Source of the DNA: Candidatus Krumholzibacteriia bacterium
Lineage (GTDB): Bacteria; Krumholzibacteriota; Krumholzibacteriia; JAJRXK01
NCBI GenBank assembly: GCA_041484665.1
Contig: JBGPIA010000017.1
Location: 32,001 to 96,000, forward strand
Direction: 5' to 3'
DNA: 64,000 bases
Positions within the stretch are counted from its first letter, which is position 1. The number at the start of each line of letters is the position of its first letter. Of the stretch, positions 42,969 to 53,021 are shown piece after piece. Under the pieces are notes generated by a model that was given only the letters and a program-made list of their open reading frames with translations, was not told the DNA's origin and made no database searches. The translations under genes were made by a program, and so were the position numbers.

Positions 42969-45182
42969 TTATTGCCCTCCCAGCCGCCGCAGCCCCTCGG
43001 CGGCCGCCTGTGCCTCTTCGGACCGCTGAGACGCGCGCGCCAGACACCGCCCGTACTCGGCACGGGCGCTGTCCGCCAGCCCCTCACTCTCGTAGTACTT
43101 CCCCAGCTCGAGCCGGATCACCGACTCATAATACGGTGTCTGTGGGAGCTGGGGAGAGCGCTCCGCGCTTTCGAGCAGACTACGCGCCTGTTGCGCATCG
43201 CCCCGCTGCTGCAGGAACTTCGCGAATTCATAGGCGAGCTCGGGATTGGCGTGCGAGACCCCCATCCCGAGCTCGAACTGGCGCCGTGCCTCATCATCGT
43301 GTCCAAGCTGGGCGTGCGCGCGAGCGGTCAGCACGTAGGTCCAGGCCCACTCGTAACGCTCCCGCACCAGCGGCTCGAGAACCTCCAGGCACTGCTGATA
43401 GCGCTTCGCGGTGTAGTAGCCGCGTCCCAGTAGATACGTGAAGAAGCGATTCTCGGGATAGAGCCCCCTCAGCTCCGTCGCGACGCGGATGATCTGCTCG
43501 GGATCGAGTGAGACAACAGCCGCGATGAGATCCAGCTGGAGCCCCTCGCGCCGGCTGGCTCGATTGCGCAGTCGGTGTCCTGCCTGGAGGCTGCCATTGA
43601 GCTGCGTTTCGTCCTCCAGGTTCCAGTAGCAGCCGGTCAGGTCGATGCGGGCGGCGACGAAGGTGCTGTCGAGCCCCAGCGTTTGCTCGTAGTACCGAGC
43701 GGCCTCCGCCCAGTGCGACGCAACGAACGCCTGACGACCGCTGAGGAAGAGCCGGTAGGCATCGACTGAGGAAGTGGTGATTTCACGCAGCCACTGATCT
43801 CCGGTCTCGAGGCCGATCAGATCGACCTCCAGCGCGGTTTGCAAGCCCTTGATCAGGCCTCCCGCCAGCCGGAATAGGTCGTCCCCCACCCCGCCTTCAA
43901 CCCATTCGGAATGCAGAACGCGACCACTCTTCACTTCGATCACGCGACCCTGGATCCGCAGGCGGCCACCGGAACGCACTACACTCCCCACCACGGCGCG
44001 CCCGATGCCGGAGCGCTTCAACGACTCGAATGAGGCCGCTCGATTGGACCTGTCGCCGGCCGTGGGCCGGAGGTTGGCGAGGCGCTGCGGGTCATACACA
44101 TCCAGATCCTCGGAGCGCGACAGCGCGGTGCCAAGCAGCTCGGCGAGCCCGCGTTCCATCCAGTCGAACGAGGCATCTCCCGTGACGTTCTCGAACTCCA
44201 GCACCGCGACGGAGTGCTCGCGCTGCTGCGCCGGGGCCGTCGCGGCCCGCTGACGCACAAGACGGGAAGCTCCCAGCGCGAGGATGGCCAGTGCCGAAAC
44301 GAGAAGCACGATCCGCACCCGACGCGCGACGCTCAGCGCACCGGCTCGCTTTGGCACAGCGCTCCCGGCAGTTGCGTCTCTTGACGTGAGTACAGCTGCC
44401 ACTGCCCCGGCATCAGGAAAACGGCGAGCGGGGTCCTTCTCCAGGCACCTGCGCACCACCGTTTCGAGGCTCCGGCTCGCGGGAGGGAGCGTCCCCGGGA
44501 ACGGCGGCGGCTCCTCGTTGAGGATTGCGTGCAACGTCGCGGCGGGCGTGGGTCGCTCAAATGGCAGGCGGCCGGTCAACGACTCGTAGAGCACGACCCC
44601 AAGCGAGAACAGATCCGATCGCGCGTTGGCCGGTGCCCCCCGCAGCACCTCGGGCGCCATGTAGGCGAGCGTTCCCACCGTGGCCTCGCCGAAGCGGGTG
44701 ACCCGCGTGTCCTGTTCGCGCAGGGCCAGCCCGAAGTCCACGAGTCGCGGGACGTCGTTCTTGCCCACCAGGATGTTGCTGCTCTTGACGTCGCGGTGGA
44801 CGATCCCACGCTCGTGGGCGGCGCCGAGCCCCTCGGCGATACGTGGTAGCAGCACCGCGGCCCGGCTCGGCGGGAGCGGTCCCTCCCTGAGGATTGCCGC
44901 GAGGGAGGGCCCCTCCACGAAGGCCAGCACCATAAAGTGCTGTCCTTCGTCTTCCTCGAGCCCATGCACGATGCCGACGTAGGGGTGATCGAGCGCCGCG
45001 AGCGAGCGCGCCTCGCGCTCGAAGCGGCGCCGTATCTCGGGGTCGCCGAGCAGCTCGCCCCGGATGAACTTGAGAGCAACGGTGCGACCGAGCTTCAGGT
45101 CGTCGGCGCGGTACACCTCGCCCATGCCACCCGCACCGAGTTTCCCGGTGATCCGGTAGTTCCCGAGTGTCTTGCCGATCAC
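42969..45182 (-). CDS. Hanks-type Ser/Thr kinase with TM, TolB-N-like domain and TPRs
   Basis: GAGGMGEVY, VALKF, HRDVKSSN, DFG, GTLAYMAPE; SVAVLEFENVTGD; TPR C-terminus. Confidence 0.92.
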   Translation of the reverse strand: MIGKTLGNYRITGKLGAGGMGEVYRADDLKLGRTVALKFIRGELLGDPEIRRRFEREARSLAALDHPYVGIVHGLEEDEGQHFMVLAFVEGPSLAAILREGPLPPSRAAVLLPRIAEGLGAAHERGIVHRDVKSSNILVGKNDVPRLVDFGLALREQDTRVTRFGEATVGTLAYMAPEVLRGAPANARSDLFSLGVVLYESLTGRLPFERPTPAATLHAILNEEPPPFPGTLPPASRSLETVVRRCLEKDPARRFPDAGAVAAVLTSRDATAGSAVPKRAGALSVARRVRIVLLVSALAILALGASRLVRQRAATAPAQQREHSVAVLEFENVTGDASFDWMERGLAELLGTALSRSEDLDVYDPQRLANLRPTAGDRSNRAASFESLKRSGIGRAVVGSVVRSGGRLRIQGRVIEVKSGRVLHSEWVEGGVGDDLFRLAGGLIKGLQTALEVDLIGLETGDQWLREITTSSVDAYRLFLSGRQAFVASHWAEAARYYEQTLGLDSTFVAARIDLTGCYWNLEDETQLNGSLQAGHRLRNRASRREGLQLDLIAAVVSLDPEQIIRVATELRGLYPENRFFTYLLGRGYYTAKRYQQCLEVLEPLVRERYEWAWTYVLTARAHAQLGHDDEARRQFELGMGVSHANPELAYEFAKFLQQRGDAQQARSLLESAERSPQLPQTPYYESVIRLELGKYYESEGLADSARAEYGRCLARASQRSEEAQAAAEGLRRLGGQ

Positions 45183-45802
45183 TGGGGCGTCATCCTCGCG
45201 AGCGGCGAGTCTCACAAGTCATGAGACGGTCCCTTCCTGAGACGGTCCCTCGTGGAGGCATCCTATCAGCGGACAGCCCATTCTATCCATGCCGCATCGA
45301 CGATACTCCCCGCGCGGTGTCGTCGTGTATGCACCCGCCGGCGAGCCGGTGCGGCCAGGCGCAACCGCCCTTGGTGGAGATCGACACGTCAGCCCGTTTG
45401 GCAGCGGACCATGCGAGCTGGGCCCTGGCTGTGGCTCGTCGGCGACCACGCCCACGCGCACCGGCTGGGCATCCATTTCTACGGTGTGCCGCTGACGCAG
45501 GACAGCGCCTCGCCGGTGTTCCACGGCTGTCGAGGATGGGCGTGCACCCGGGCGAGCTCGCAGTCGACGAGTCCGTCGCGACCGGCGAAGCGTTTCAGTC
45601 GAAGTGGCGGTCCATCGCGGAGCCGATACCGCGCGCACGGCCGATCAACTCGAGCAGGCGGGCGACTCTTGGGGACTGGCCTCGCCGCTGCATCGAACGA
45701 CGAACGACGGGCCCGGCTGCGAGACAACGACCCTGCGCTTCTTCGCTCCGATTTCCGAAAGCGAAAGGGCCAGCGAGCCCGATCCGGCAGAAGCTACTGT
45801 CG

Positions 45803-46561
45803 TCATCCATGGCCCTCGCGACTGCGTGCGGACTGGTCGCTCATCTTCTGGAAGGGCCTGATGTGGAGGTCCGTCGTTTCCGCCGTCCTGGGTGCGACGA
45901 GAGCGGTCAGGATGGCGTCGGAGATGTCGGACGGCTGCAGGAGCCGCTCGGGATAGTACGCACGCGACTCCCAACGGTGAATGGCCTCCTGCATGGGAGT
46001 CGCGGTGCGACCGGGGTAGACGGAGATGACCCGGATGCCTTGGCGGTTGACCTCTTCCCGCAGGCAGTCGGCCAGCGCCCTGAGGCCGGCTTTCGACGAC
46101 GCGTAGGGACCGGTGTTCGGAGTGGGGCGATTGGCCGCGCCGGAGTTGATGAAGACGATCTGTCCACGAGCAGCCTCCAGAAGTGGCAGCAGCCCCCGGG
46201 TGAGGAGGAACGGAGCCCTGACGTTGACCCGCATCTGGGCGTCGAACTCCTCGATTGTCGTGTGCTCGATCCGCGCGTGGCCGATGACGCCGGCGGAGTG
46301 GATCAGCAGATCCAGTGACGATAGGTTGCTCGTGAGCTCCTCGAGTAGCTTGGAGATCCGATCGTCGTCCCGGAGATCCACGCGATGTCGATGAACCGGC
46401 GTCTTCGATGCTTCTGCGAGCCTCTCAAGCTCGGGCAGGGGATCGGTCCTTCTGCCCAACAGATGGAGGGTCACGCCTCGGCGGAGAAGGTCCACCGCAA
46501 CGGCATGACCGATCCCGCTGCTCGCCCCGGTGACGACTGCAATCTTGCCCTGGAGGTCCAT
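45803..46561 (-). CDS. SDR family oxidoreductase
   Basis: TGASSGIG, HSAG, YASSK, PGRTATPM. Confidence 0.9.
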   Translation of the reverse strand: MDLQGKIAVVTGASSGIGHAVAVDLLRRGVTLHLLGRRTDPLPELERLAEASKTPVHRHRVDLRDDDRISKLLEELTSNLSSLDLLIHSAGVIGHARIEHTTIEEFDAQMRVNVRAPFLLTRGLLPLLEAARGQIVFINSGAANRPTPNTGPYASSKAGLRALADCLREEVNRQGIRVISVYPGRTATPMQEAIHRWESRAYYPERLLQPSDISDAILTALVAPRTAETTDLHIRPFQKMSDQSARSREGHG

Positions 46562-46722
46562 AGTCTTCCAAGCGTGTCGGCCCCTGGACCTCACTTTCGA
46601 AATGCGCGTTCTATCGATGTTCGGCTCATGGAGTCTAGACGATTCATCCCCCTGCAAGCCAGGCGATTCGGGGCCTGCCCCGCCCGCACAGCCCACCGCC
46701 GGACTCGCAGTCGCGAGAGCGG

Positions 46723-46926
46723 GTCGGTGACGATGGCGCGCGCGTGAGCATGGAAGTTGGCGCCATGGCTGCTCAAGGTCTGTAGGGCGGCCACCATTCC
46801 CACCGACAGCCGTGGATCGTCGAACTGCGCGGGGACCGTCCGCTGCACGCGGGCGTGGGCGCAGCGGCTCCGAAGCGAGAGCAACCGCCGCTCGCGCGCG
46901 AATCGCCCCCGCAGCGCTTGGCACGC
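46723..46926 (-). mobile_element. IS91-family (HUH/Y2) transposase remnant
   Basis: ALRGRFARERRLL...GMVAALQTLSSHGANFHAHARAIVTD resembles the IS91-type G...QTFG...NFHPHxH.LVTD motif. Confidence 0.55.
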
Positions 46927-46995
46927 GGCAGCGCCCCGGCCTGCCGGCGCGGGAGCGCTCTCGTCCACCGTAGGAGGTCAGAACGCGTATTCCAA

Positions 46996-47778
46996 CTACC
47001 CACCCTGGAAGTAGCGCGTTGGAGTCGTGCCCAGTTGCTTGCGGAACATGGATATGAACGCGCTCGTGCTGTTGTAGCCCGCGTCCAGCGCGGCTCCCGT
47101 CACTTTCTCCCCGGACGCGAGTTTCTGCATGGCATACAGCAGCCGCAACTGCTGGCGCCACTTCCCGAAACTCATCTTCGTTTCCGCCAGGAAGAGCCGC
47201 TCGATGGTTCTCTTGCTCGCTCCACAGTCCTTCGCGAGTGTCTCAAGAGTCCTTCGGTCGGCAGGATCGGCCAGCAGGGCTCGGGCGACTCCCATGGCCC
47301 TCGGATCGGACGGGTGCGGCAGCTGCAGGGGAACGGAATGCGCCGCTTCCAATTGATCGAGGATGATCCCCATGATCCTGCTGTGCGCGGGTGTCTTCCG
47401 GTTCAACTTCGGGAACCTGCAGGCATGCAGGATCAGCTCCTTCAGCAACGGCGATACGTTCAGGACCGAGCACTTCCCAGGGAGGTTTCGCACCAGCCGG
47501 GGCAGGAAGTACAGCGTCCTCATCGAAACGGCGCCCGACATTGCCACCGAGTGCGGCGTTCTGGCCGGAATCCACACCGCCCGCAGGGGCGGCACGACCC
47601 AGATGCCTTGTTGCGTGCTGACCGTCATCACGCCTCTCGAAGCAAAGACCAGTTGATCCTCCGGATGGTAATGCTCGGGGATCATGTGTCCGTCCTCGCA
47701 GTCGAACGACACGCTGGCAATCTGGGACAGCACGCGGCCCCGCCCGTCGAGAAGGATGCTGTGGCACTTGTGCGACAT
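46996..47778 (-). CDS. AraC family transcriptional regulator (cupin + HTH)
   Basis: HYHPEDQL, WVVPPLRAVWIP, SKRTIERLF, GYNSTSAFISMFRKQLGTTP. Confidence 0.92.
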   Translation of the reverse strand: MSHKCHSILLDGRGRVLSQIASVSFDCEDGHMIPEHYHPEDQLVFASRGVMTVSTQQGIWVVPPLRAVWIPARTPHSVAMSGAVSMRTLYFLPRLVRNLPGKCSVLNVSPLLKELILHACRFPKLNRKTPAHSRIMGIILDQLEAAHSVPLQLPHPSDPRAMGVARALLADPADRRTLETLAKDCGASKRTIERLFLAETKMSFGKWRQQLRLLYAMQKLASGEKVTGAALDAGYNSTSAFISMFRKQLGTTPTRYFQGG

Positions 47779-47861
47779 TTCTTGTCACAATAGCGAGAGA
47801 AAGAGGGCCGAGCAAGTGCTACTCCTCGAGGACGCCAATCGTCGAAACCATCGGAGGCTCT

Positions 47862-48440
47862 ATGATCCGCTCGCTGGTCCTCGGCACGATCCTGGGTGGC
47901 CTCACCGCCTTTCTCTGGAGCACCATCTCCTGGGAGCTGCTGCGCTGGCACGAGAAATCGCTGCTCACCTTCCGGAATGAAGATGAGGTTGCGGCCGTTG
48001 TTGCGTCCCACATCAAGCAGTCCGGCGTCTACCTCCTTCCCGCCGGCCCAGAGCAGGACGGCATGGCGCCCGGCCAGAAGAAGGCCGCCCAGGCCGCGCT
48101 CATGCAGAAGATGCGAACGGGGCCGATCCTGTTTGCCGCCGTGCGGCGCGGGGGTTTCGGGTCCTTCGCGCGGGGCCTGGTGATCCAGCTCTTGTCCCTG
48201 ATGGCCGCCGCCTTCCTGCTCACGTGGCTCCTCCTGCAGACAAGCGGCCTGCGGTACGCACGGCGCGCCCTCTTCCTTGGTGTGGCCGGACTGGCCGCAA
48301 GCGTCATCGTCGATCTCCCCAACTGGAACTGGTGGGGCTTCTCCGGCGCCTACACCGCCATGAATCTCGTCGATTTCACGCTCACCTGGCTCTTCGCCGG
48401 GCTGATCATCGCCAAGGTCGCCAAGCCCCGAACCGTCTGA
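47862..48440 (+). CDS. membrane hypothetical protein (about 4 TM)
   Basis: GGAGG RBS; hydrophobic helices; divergent from AraC. Confidence 0.8.
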   Translation: MIRSLVLGTILGGLTAFLWSTISWELLRWHEKSLLTFRNEDEVAAVVASHIKQSGVYLLPAGPEQDGMAPGQKKAAQAALMQKMRTGPILFAAVRRGGFGSFARGLVIQLLSLMAAAFLLTWLLLQTSGLRYARRALFLGVAGLAASVIVDLPNWNWWGFSGAYTAMNLVDFTLTWLFAGLIIAKVAKPRTV

Positions 48441-48471
48441 CGGGGGCCGACCCTCACCCAGGGAGGATGGA

Positions 48472-48858
48472 ATGCTCAAGTTGAAGAATGTCGTGGCGTT
48501 TCTCGTGACCGCGAAGCCCGAGCAAGCGATCGCGTTCTACCGCGACACCCTCCGCTTCAATTTCTTGAACGACGATGGCTTCTCGTTGGTCTTCGATGCC
48601 CATGGCACCCTGCTGCGCATCGGCAAGGCCGCGGCGCACACGCCGCCCCAGAACACGGTCCTGGGGTGGGAGGTCGCGGACATCTACGATGCGATCTCAC
48701 AGTTGCGTCAGTGGGGCGCCAGCTTCGAACGCCATCCGCATATGCCCCAGGACGAGAGTGGCGTCTGGACCGCCCCCAACGGCGACAAGGTTGCCTGGTT
48801 CAAAGACCCCGCTGGGAACTTCCTCTCCCTCTCCCAACACCACTATGGGAAGGAGTGA
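48472..48858 (+). CDS. VOC family protein
   Basis: AIAFYRDTL, LGWEVADI, VAWFKDPAGNFLSL. Confidence 0.9.
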   Translation: MLKLKNVVAFLVTAKPEQAIAFYRDTLRFNFLNDDGFSLVFDAHGTLLRIGKAAAHTPPQNTVLGWEVADIYDAISQLRQWGASFERHPHMPQDESGVWTAPNGDKVAWFKDPAGNFLSLSQHHYGKE

Positions 48859-48988
48859 CACGTTCATCCAGCGGGGCGACCCGTGCGCTCTCGCGCGGAC
48901 GCGCGTGGATCGAATGCCCCCTCAGACCACCCCGCATTGGACCTGCTCCCGAACGCTGGTCGGCGCAGGTCGCCCCACAGGGGCCACC

Positions 48989-50413
48989 CTACCGGACGCG
49001 CTGCAGCTTGGCGGTTTCGTGGCGCTCTCCTGCGTCCAGACGGCAAAAGTAGACGCCCGCAGCCAGCCGCGCGCCATCGCGGCCACGACTGTCCCACGCG
49101 ACGCTCTGCAGCCCAGGCGCCATCCAAGCCTCCAGCAGCGTGGCGACCAGCCGCCCGCGAAGATCGTACACCGCGAGGTGCACCCCCGCGGGCTCACGCA
49201 TCTCGAATTGCAGGGAGGTAACGCCATCGAATGGATTGGGGAAGCTCGACAGCGAAACCGGCGGGGGAGCGCTCGGCGTGGCTTGCACCGCACCGGTCGC
49301 ACCCGGTGTACCGAAGCGGTAGACCGTCCGCCCGACCGCGTAGGCGAGGTCGGGGCGCAAGACCCGGATGCGATTCAGCTCGGTCGCAAACCCGTTCAGC
49401 GCCCACCTGATTCCGCCGTCCACAGTTCGGTACGTGGGGTTTCCCGAGCCTCCCAGCCAGCCCAGCTGCTCGGTGACAAAGCCAATCCCCTGCTCGTTTG
49501 CGTTGGGGCATGGCATCTCCACCCAGGCGAGACCTCCGTCGGTCGTCTTGAGGAACCGCTTGGGGCCGCTCGCGCGCTCCACCGAGACGAAGCCAACCAA
49601 GTTGGACGGAAATGAGATCTTCCAGCACCACTCACCGGTCCGCGACGACGTATGGCGTGTTTCCCACGTCCTGCCACCGTCCATGGTTTGCAGGACGACG
49701 GCCCGGCAGGCGGTGGGAAAGGGCCCGACGCTGCCAACGACGAAACCGATCTGCGCAGACCGGAACCAACAGTCCACCAATGTGCCCGCGTACGCGGAGA
49801 CATCCATGAAGCTCCAGGTGACGCCGCCATCGTCGGTTTTCAGTGCGCCGGCAGGGCTGTTGTAACGCCCCACTGCGTACACGACCTGCGGGCTCACCGC
49901 CCACATCCCGCAGATGCCGGCGGGCATCTGCGCGGGCAGTCCGTGTACCGGCGACCAGTGGGCCCCGCCGTCATTGGTCTCGTACATGCGCTCGGGCGCG
50001 AAGAGCGTGCCAACCCAGCCGCGTTGTGCCGAAGCGAACGTGACCGCCCGGTTGTAGACGCCGGTTTCGAACTGAAGCTGCCAGGAATCGCCGCCGTCGG
50101 ACGTGTGCCAGATCTCTCCACCACCGTTGACGACCCATCCAGTGAAGTCGTCTGCGAACCAGACATCGTCGTGGCGCGAGTTGGCGTGCACGGGGGCCGT
50201 GGGCAACGTCTGCCAGTGCGGTTGCGCGAGCGCAGTTCCGACGCCAGGGACAGGGAACCACGCGGTGAGCGTGGCGAGTGCGGTGAGGGCGGCGAGTTCG
50301 GGGAACACGGCAACCGCGGCGAGCACGGTGGAGTCTCGCCGGGCTGGGGCTGCCAGGAGACAGGGCGGGGGTCCGGGAGGCCAAACTGGACGGTGAAAAC
50401 GGGGCCGGCGCAC
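48989..50413 (-). CDS. YCF48/BNR (Asp-box) beta-propeller protein with FlgD-Ig tail
   Basis: Six TxDGGxxW Asp-boxes; tail FPNPF...AGVYFCRL; start codon uncertain. Confidence 0.85.
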   Translation of the reverse strand: MRRPRFHRPVWPPGPPPCLLAAPARRDSTVLAAVAVFPELAALTALATLTAWFPVPGVGTALAQPHWQTLPTAPVHANSRHDDVWFADDFTGWVVNGGGEIWHTSDGGDSWQLQFETGVYNRAVTFASAQRGWVGTLFAPERMYETNDGGAHWSPVHGLPAQMPAGICGMWAVSPQVVYAVGRYNSPAGALKTDDGGVTWSFMDVSAYAGTLVDCWFRSAQIGFVVGSVGPFPTACRAVVLQTMDGGRTWETRHTSSRTGEWCWKISFPSNLVGFVSVERASGPKRFLKTTDGGLAWVEMPCPNANEQGIGFVTEQLGWLGGSGNPTYRTVDGGIRWALNGFATELNRIRVLRPDLAYAVGRTVYRFGTPGATGAVQATPSAPPPVSLSSFPNPFDGVTSLQFEMREPAGVHLAVYDLRGRLVATLLEAWMAPGLQSVAWDSRGRDGARLAAGVYFCRLDAGERHETAKLQRVR

Positions 50414-50504
50414 GGCACTCTCCTGCGGGGGTGACGCGCTCAATGTGCGGAACCGGCGCGTGCCCGCACAAGCCTGCGGACAGGGGGTCGGCGGCGGCAG
50501 GTCC

Positions 50505-50651
50505 GCGCCTGCAGACCGCAGTGCGCGCACCGATCTTCAGAAGACGCGGGCGCAGCGGCTCGACCTGGGCAGGGCCCAGCGCCGTGCAGCCCAGCGGGTG
50601 ACGGAGCTTCTGCAGCAGGACGTGGGCCGCCGCCGTCAGCGCGAGCGGCAC
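50505..50651 (-). mobile_element. second, divergent IS1380-family transposase C-terminal remnant
   Basis: LTAAAHVLLQKLR...TALGPAQVEPLRPRLLKIGA resembles the IS1380 C-terminal AY.L...LR...AQ..TLR.RLLK.GA motif. Confidence 0.55.
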
Positions 50652-50808
50652 TCGGGCTTTCGGCCGGTCGACCCTGGTCCCGGCGCGGGTGGGGGTAAGG
50701 AATCCGCTGCGCCGTGATGCATCTCAGGCTGGCTCAGGACCCGCGCGCGGATCGCGAGATTCCTCGTGACGAGTGCCGGCCTGCGGAGTCTTCCCCATAG
50801 CCAATGGC

Positions 50809-52662
50809 CTAGCCCCAAAACAAGCGAGTGGGGGGAGTACGTGAGGTGAGCCGAGGGCTGCGGCGCGTGTTCTCGTTGGGGCATGCGCGTCTATCGATCG
50901 GGCGCCCCGCGCCGACCGGCTCCACCTTCCCAGCTCTGTCCTTTCTTTCCTCTCCCCGTCGCGTTGCAGTCACCCTCGCCTCGTTCGCGCCTCGTCCCCA
51001 CCGCCTCCCTGGTTCGCTGCCGTCAGGCGCTGCTGAGCCGCGCCGTCGCCTGCATGCTCTGCAGCAGGTAGTGCGCGCGGTCCGTCCAGGCCAGCAGTCG
51101 CAGCTCCAAGCCGCGCGCAGCACGCACCACCTGGCATGCAATCCGGATCACCGCGTAGTAGAATCGCTTGAACTCCATCCGCAGCACGTCACGCTGCGCC
51201 TCCGGCTCCAGCAGCCTCATCCCAAACCACGCCTTCAGCGTCCACGCCAACGACGCGATCACCATGTACGCCCAGTTCGACACCAAGTCGTTCACCGGCG
51301 TCCGCAGCGCGTACACGCCGTTCTTCAGCTGCTCGATCACGTTCTCCTGGTCGCACCGCCCATTGGCCAGTGCCACGATCTCGTCGGGTCGCAGGTCAGC
51401 GTCGTTGGTGACATAGAAGAAGTACCGGATGTCGTCGAACAGCTGCCGCTCCCCCTTCAACACCGACAGGTTCTTCCGTACCACGATCATCCGGTACGGC
51501 CGCCTGCACTTCCCGGGCTGGTAGAAGAACTCCGCCTCCCACTCCGACCGCAGCTTGATGTTGGTAAACCCGCTCTCGACGACGATCTGCTCCTTGACGT
51601 TGTCGCGCTTCTCGCGCTGTGTCAGCGCGCGACGTGCCCGGCGCGGCAGGGACACCCAGGCCGTTTCCTGCAGGTTTTCAGCCGCTTCCACCAGACCGGG
51701 GATCGCGTCGTAACCGAAGACAAACCGCACCCCCTCTGCATCTCAGCGATCAAACTCCCCCGTCAACGAAAAGTCTGTGTCTCCTCGCAGCAGGACCTCC
51801 TCGTATGCCCGCCTGCACAGCCGGATGGCCTTGTCGAAGTACTTCACAGCCCCCTCGTGGCTGGGGCGGTTGCCAGGGCGGTTCACCACAAACAGGGGCT
51901 CACCCGTGTTCGCCAGCGTGATCACCAAGGGGTGGTTCCCCCAGATCCCCTTGTACGACAGCCCCATCCCCTCCTTCTTCTCCCCTCAGGTCGGCGTGAT
52001 CGTCCCGTCTCCGTCGACGATCGCACACGTCCGGTCTCGCTTTGGCTGCCGCCGCCACACCTCCACCCGCACCCGATTGATCGCATCCATCAGACCGTCC
52101 ACGCGGTGACGCTGACGAAACCGCCGCAAGAAGTCCCCGGCGGTGGTCGGATCCGGAATGCGCTCGGTGCCCAGCAGGTCCATGTACCCCGCGTCCTGCC
52201 GCAGCACCTCGAGGTCCTCCAACTTCGTTCCGCCCGCGATCAGGTTGTAGGCGATGTTGAGCACGTGGTCCGACTCCTGGTAGGGCACGTGCCGCTTCAG
52301 CAAGTGCAGCGCCTGGTCGATGGCGCGATCCAGGCCCAGCTCTCGCACCATCGTGTGGACCGCCCCGATCCCACCCACGGCCGTGGCGGTGGCCCGGTCG
52401 GACACCGTGTACACCGGGCGAGGCCCGCGGAACATCGGCAACGGGCGGTCCGCGCCCGCCTCGTGCCGAAGCCGCTCCAGGATTTCGTGCTTGCGTCGAC
52501 GCAGAGATTCGTGGTTAGACTTCTTCACTCGAAATGCCCTCCTGAGTGGCGTCGAGTTTTTCTTATTACACCTCCTCAATAGTCGCTTTTGCAGGGCATT
52601 TCGAGCTTGTTCTTCTGCACCAGCCCCAGCAATCAGCCGGGGCTCGCGTTTTCTGGGGCTAG
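50809..52662 (-). mobile_element. IS1380-family insertion sequence (about 1.85 kb)
   Basis: Imperfect terminal IRs CTAGCCCCAAAACAAGCGAG (50809-50828) and CTCGCGTTTTCTGGGGCTAG (52643-52662); the CTAG may be a target duplication. Confidence 0.8.
51023..52528 (-). pseudogene. IS1380-family transposase with two in-frame TGA stops
   Basis: IPDPTTAGDFLRRF, DGDGT, LRGDTDF, RCDQENVIEQLK, NWAYM; TGA at 51986-51988 and 51743-51745 in one frame; AGGAGG RBS before GTG 52528. Confidence 0.85.
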
Positions 52663-52959
52663 CAGCGCCGTTGGGGAGCGCGGGACATGATGTGGCTGCG
52701 GCAGTTGCGCTGCGACGATGCCTCGAGCGGTATCGAGGCAACGGACGAAGGTCGGCACGATCCGGAGGAGGCCCGACTCCGATATGCGATGCGGAGGCAT
52801 CACCTCCCGAACTCGCGATGCCAGGGAGCGGACCCTCCCGACGGATCACAGTCATGCGGCTCGGCCCGGGACGCCGGTGCATCCCGCGAATATCAGCGTG
52901 GCCCGTCGTCGACGCGCCCGGCCTTCTGCGTTGTCTCGAGCGGCACGAACCCAGAAACC

Positions 52960-52987
52960 TGGCGGCCACCCCAGAGGGTGGCCGCCA
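52960..52987 (-). terminator. probable terminator of the 53022-56243 gene
   Basis: tggcggccaccc-caga-gggtggccgcca, 12-bp stem 35 bp after the stop, short U-run. Confidence 0.65.
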
Positions 52988-53021
52988 TGAAGAAAGTGCC
53001 TTGACGGATGGTCGTTCCAAA

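Noticed and set aside
45252..45800. Possible gene between the kinase and the SDR (GPWLWLVGDHAHAHRLGIHFYG)
   Set aside because: No convincing start, RBS or family motif; may be debris but cannot be supported
47771..47789. TGCGACA-N5-TGTCACA near-palindrome as the AraC operator
   Set aside because: Only 7-bp arms with a mismatch; position is plausible but evidence is too weak
51743..51988. TGA reassignment (Trp, Gly or Sec) in the transposase
   Set aside because: TGA is an ordinary stop for many intact genes in the window; nonsense mutation is simpler
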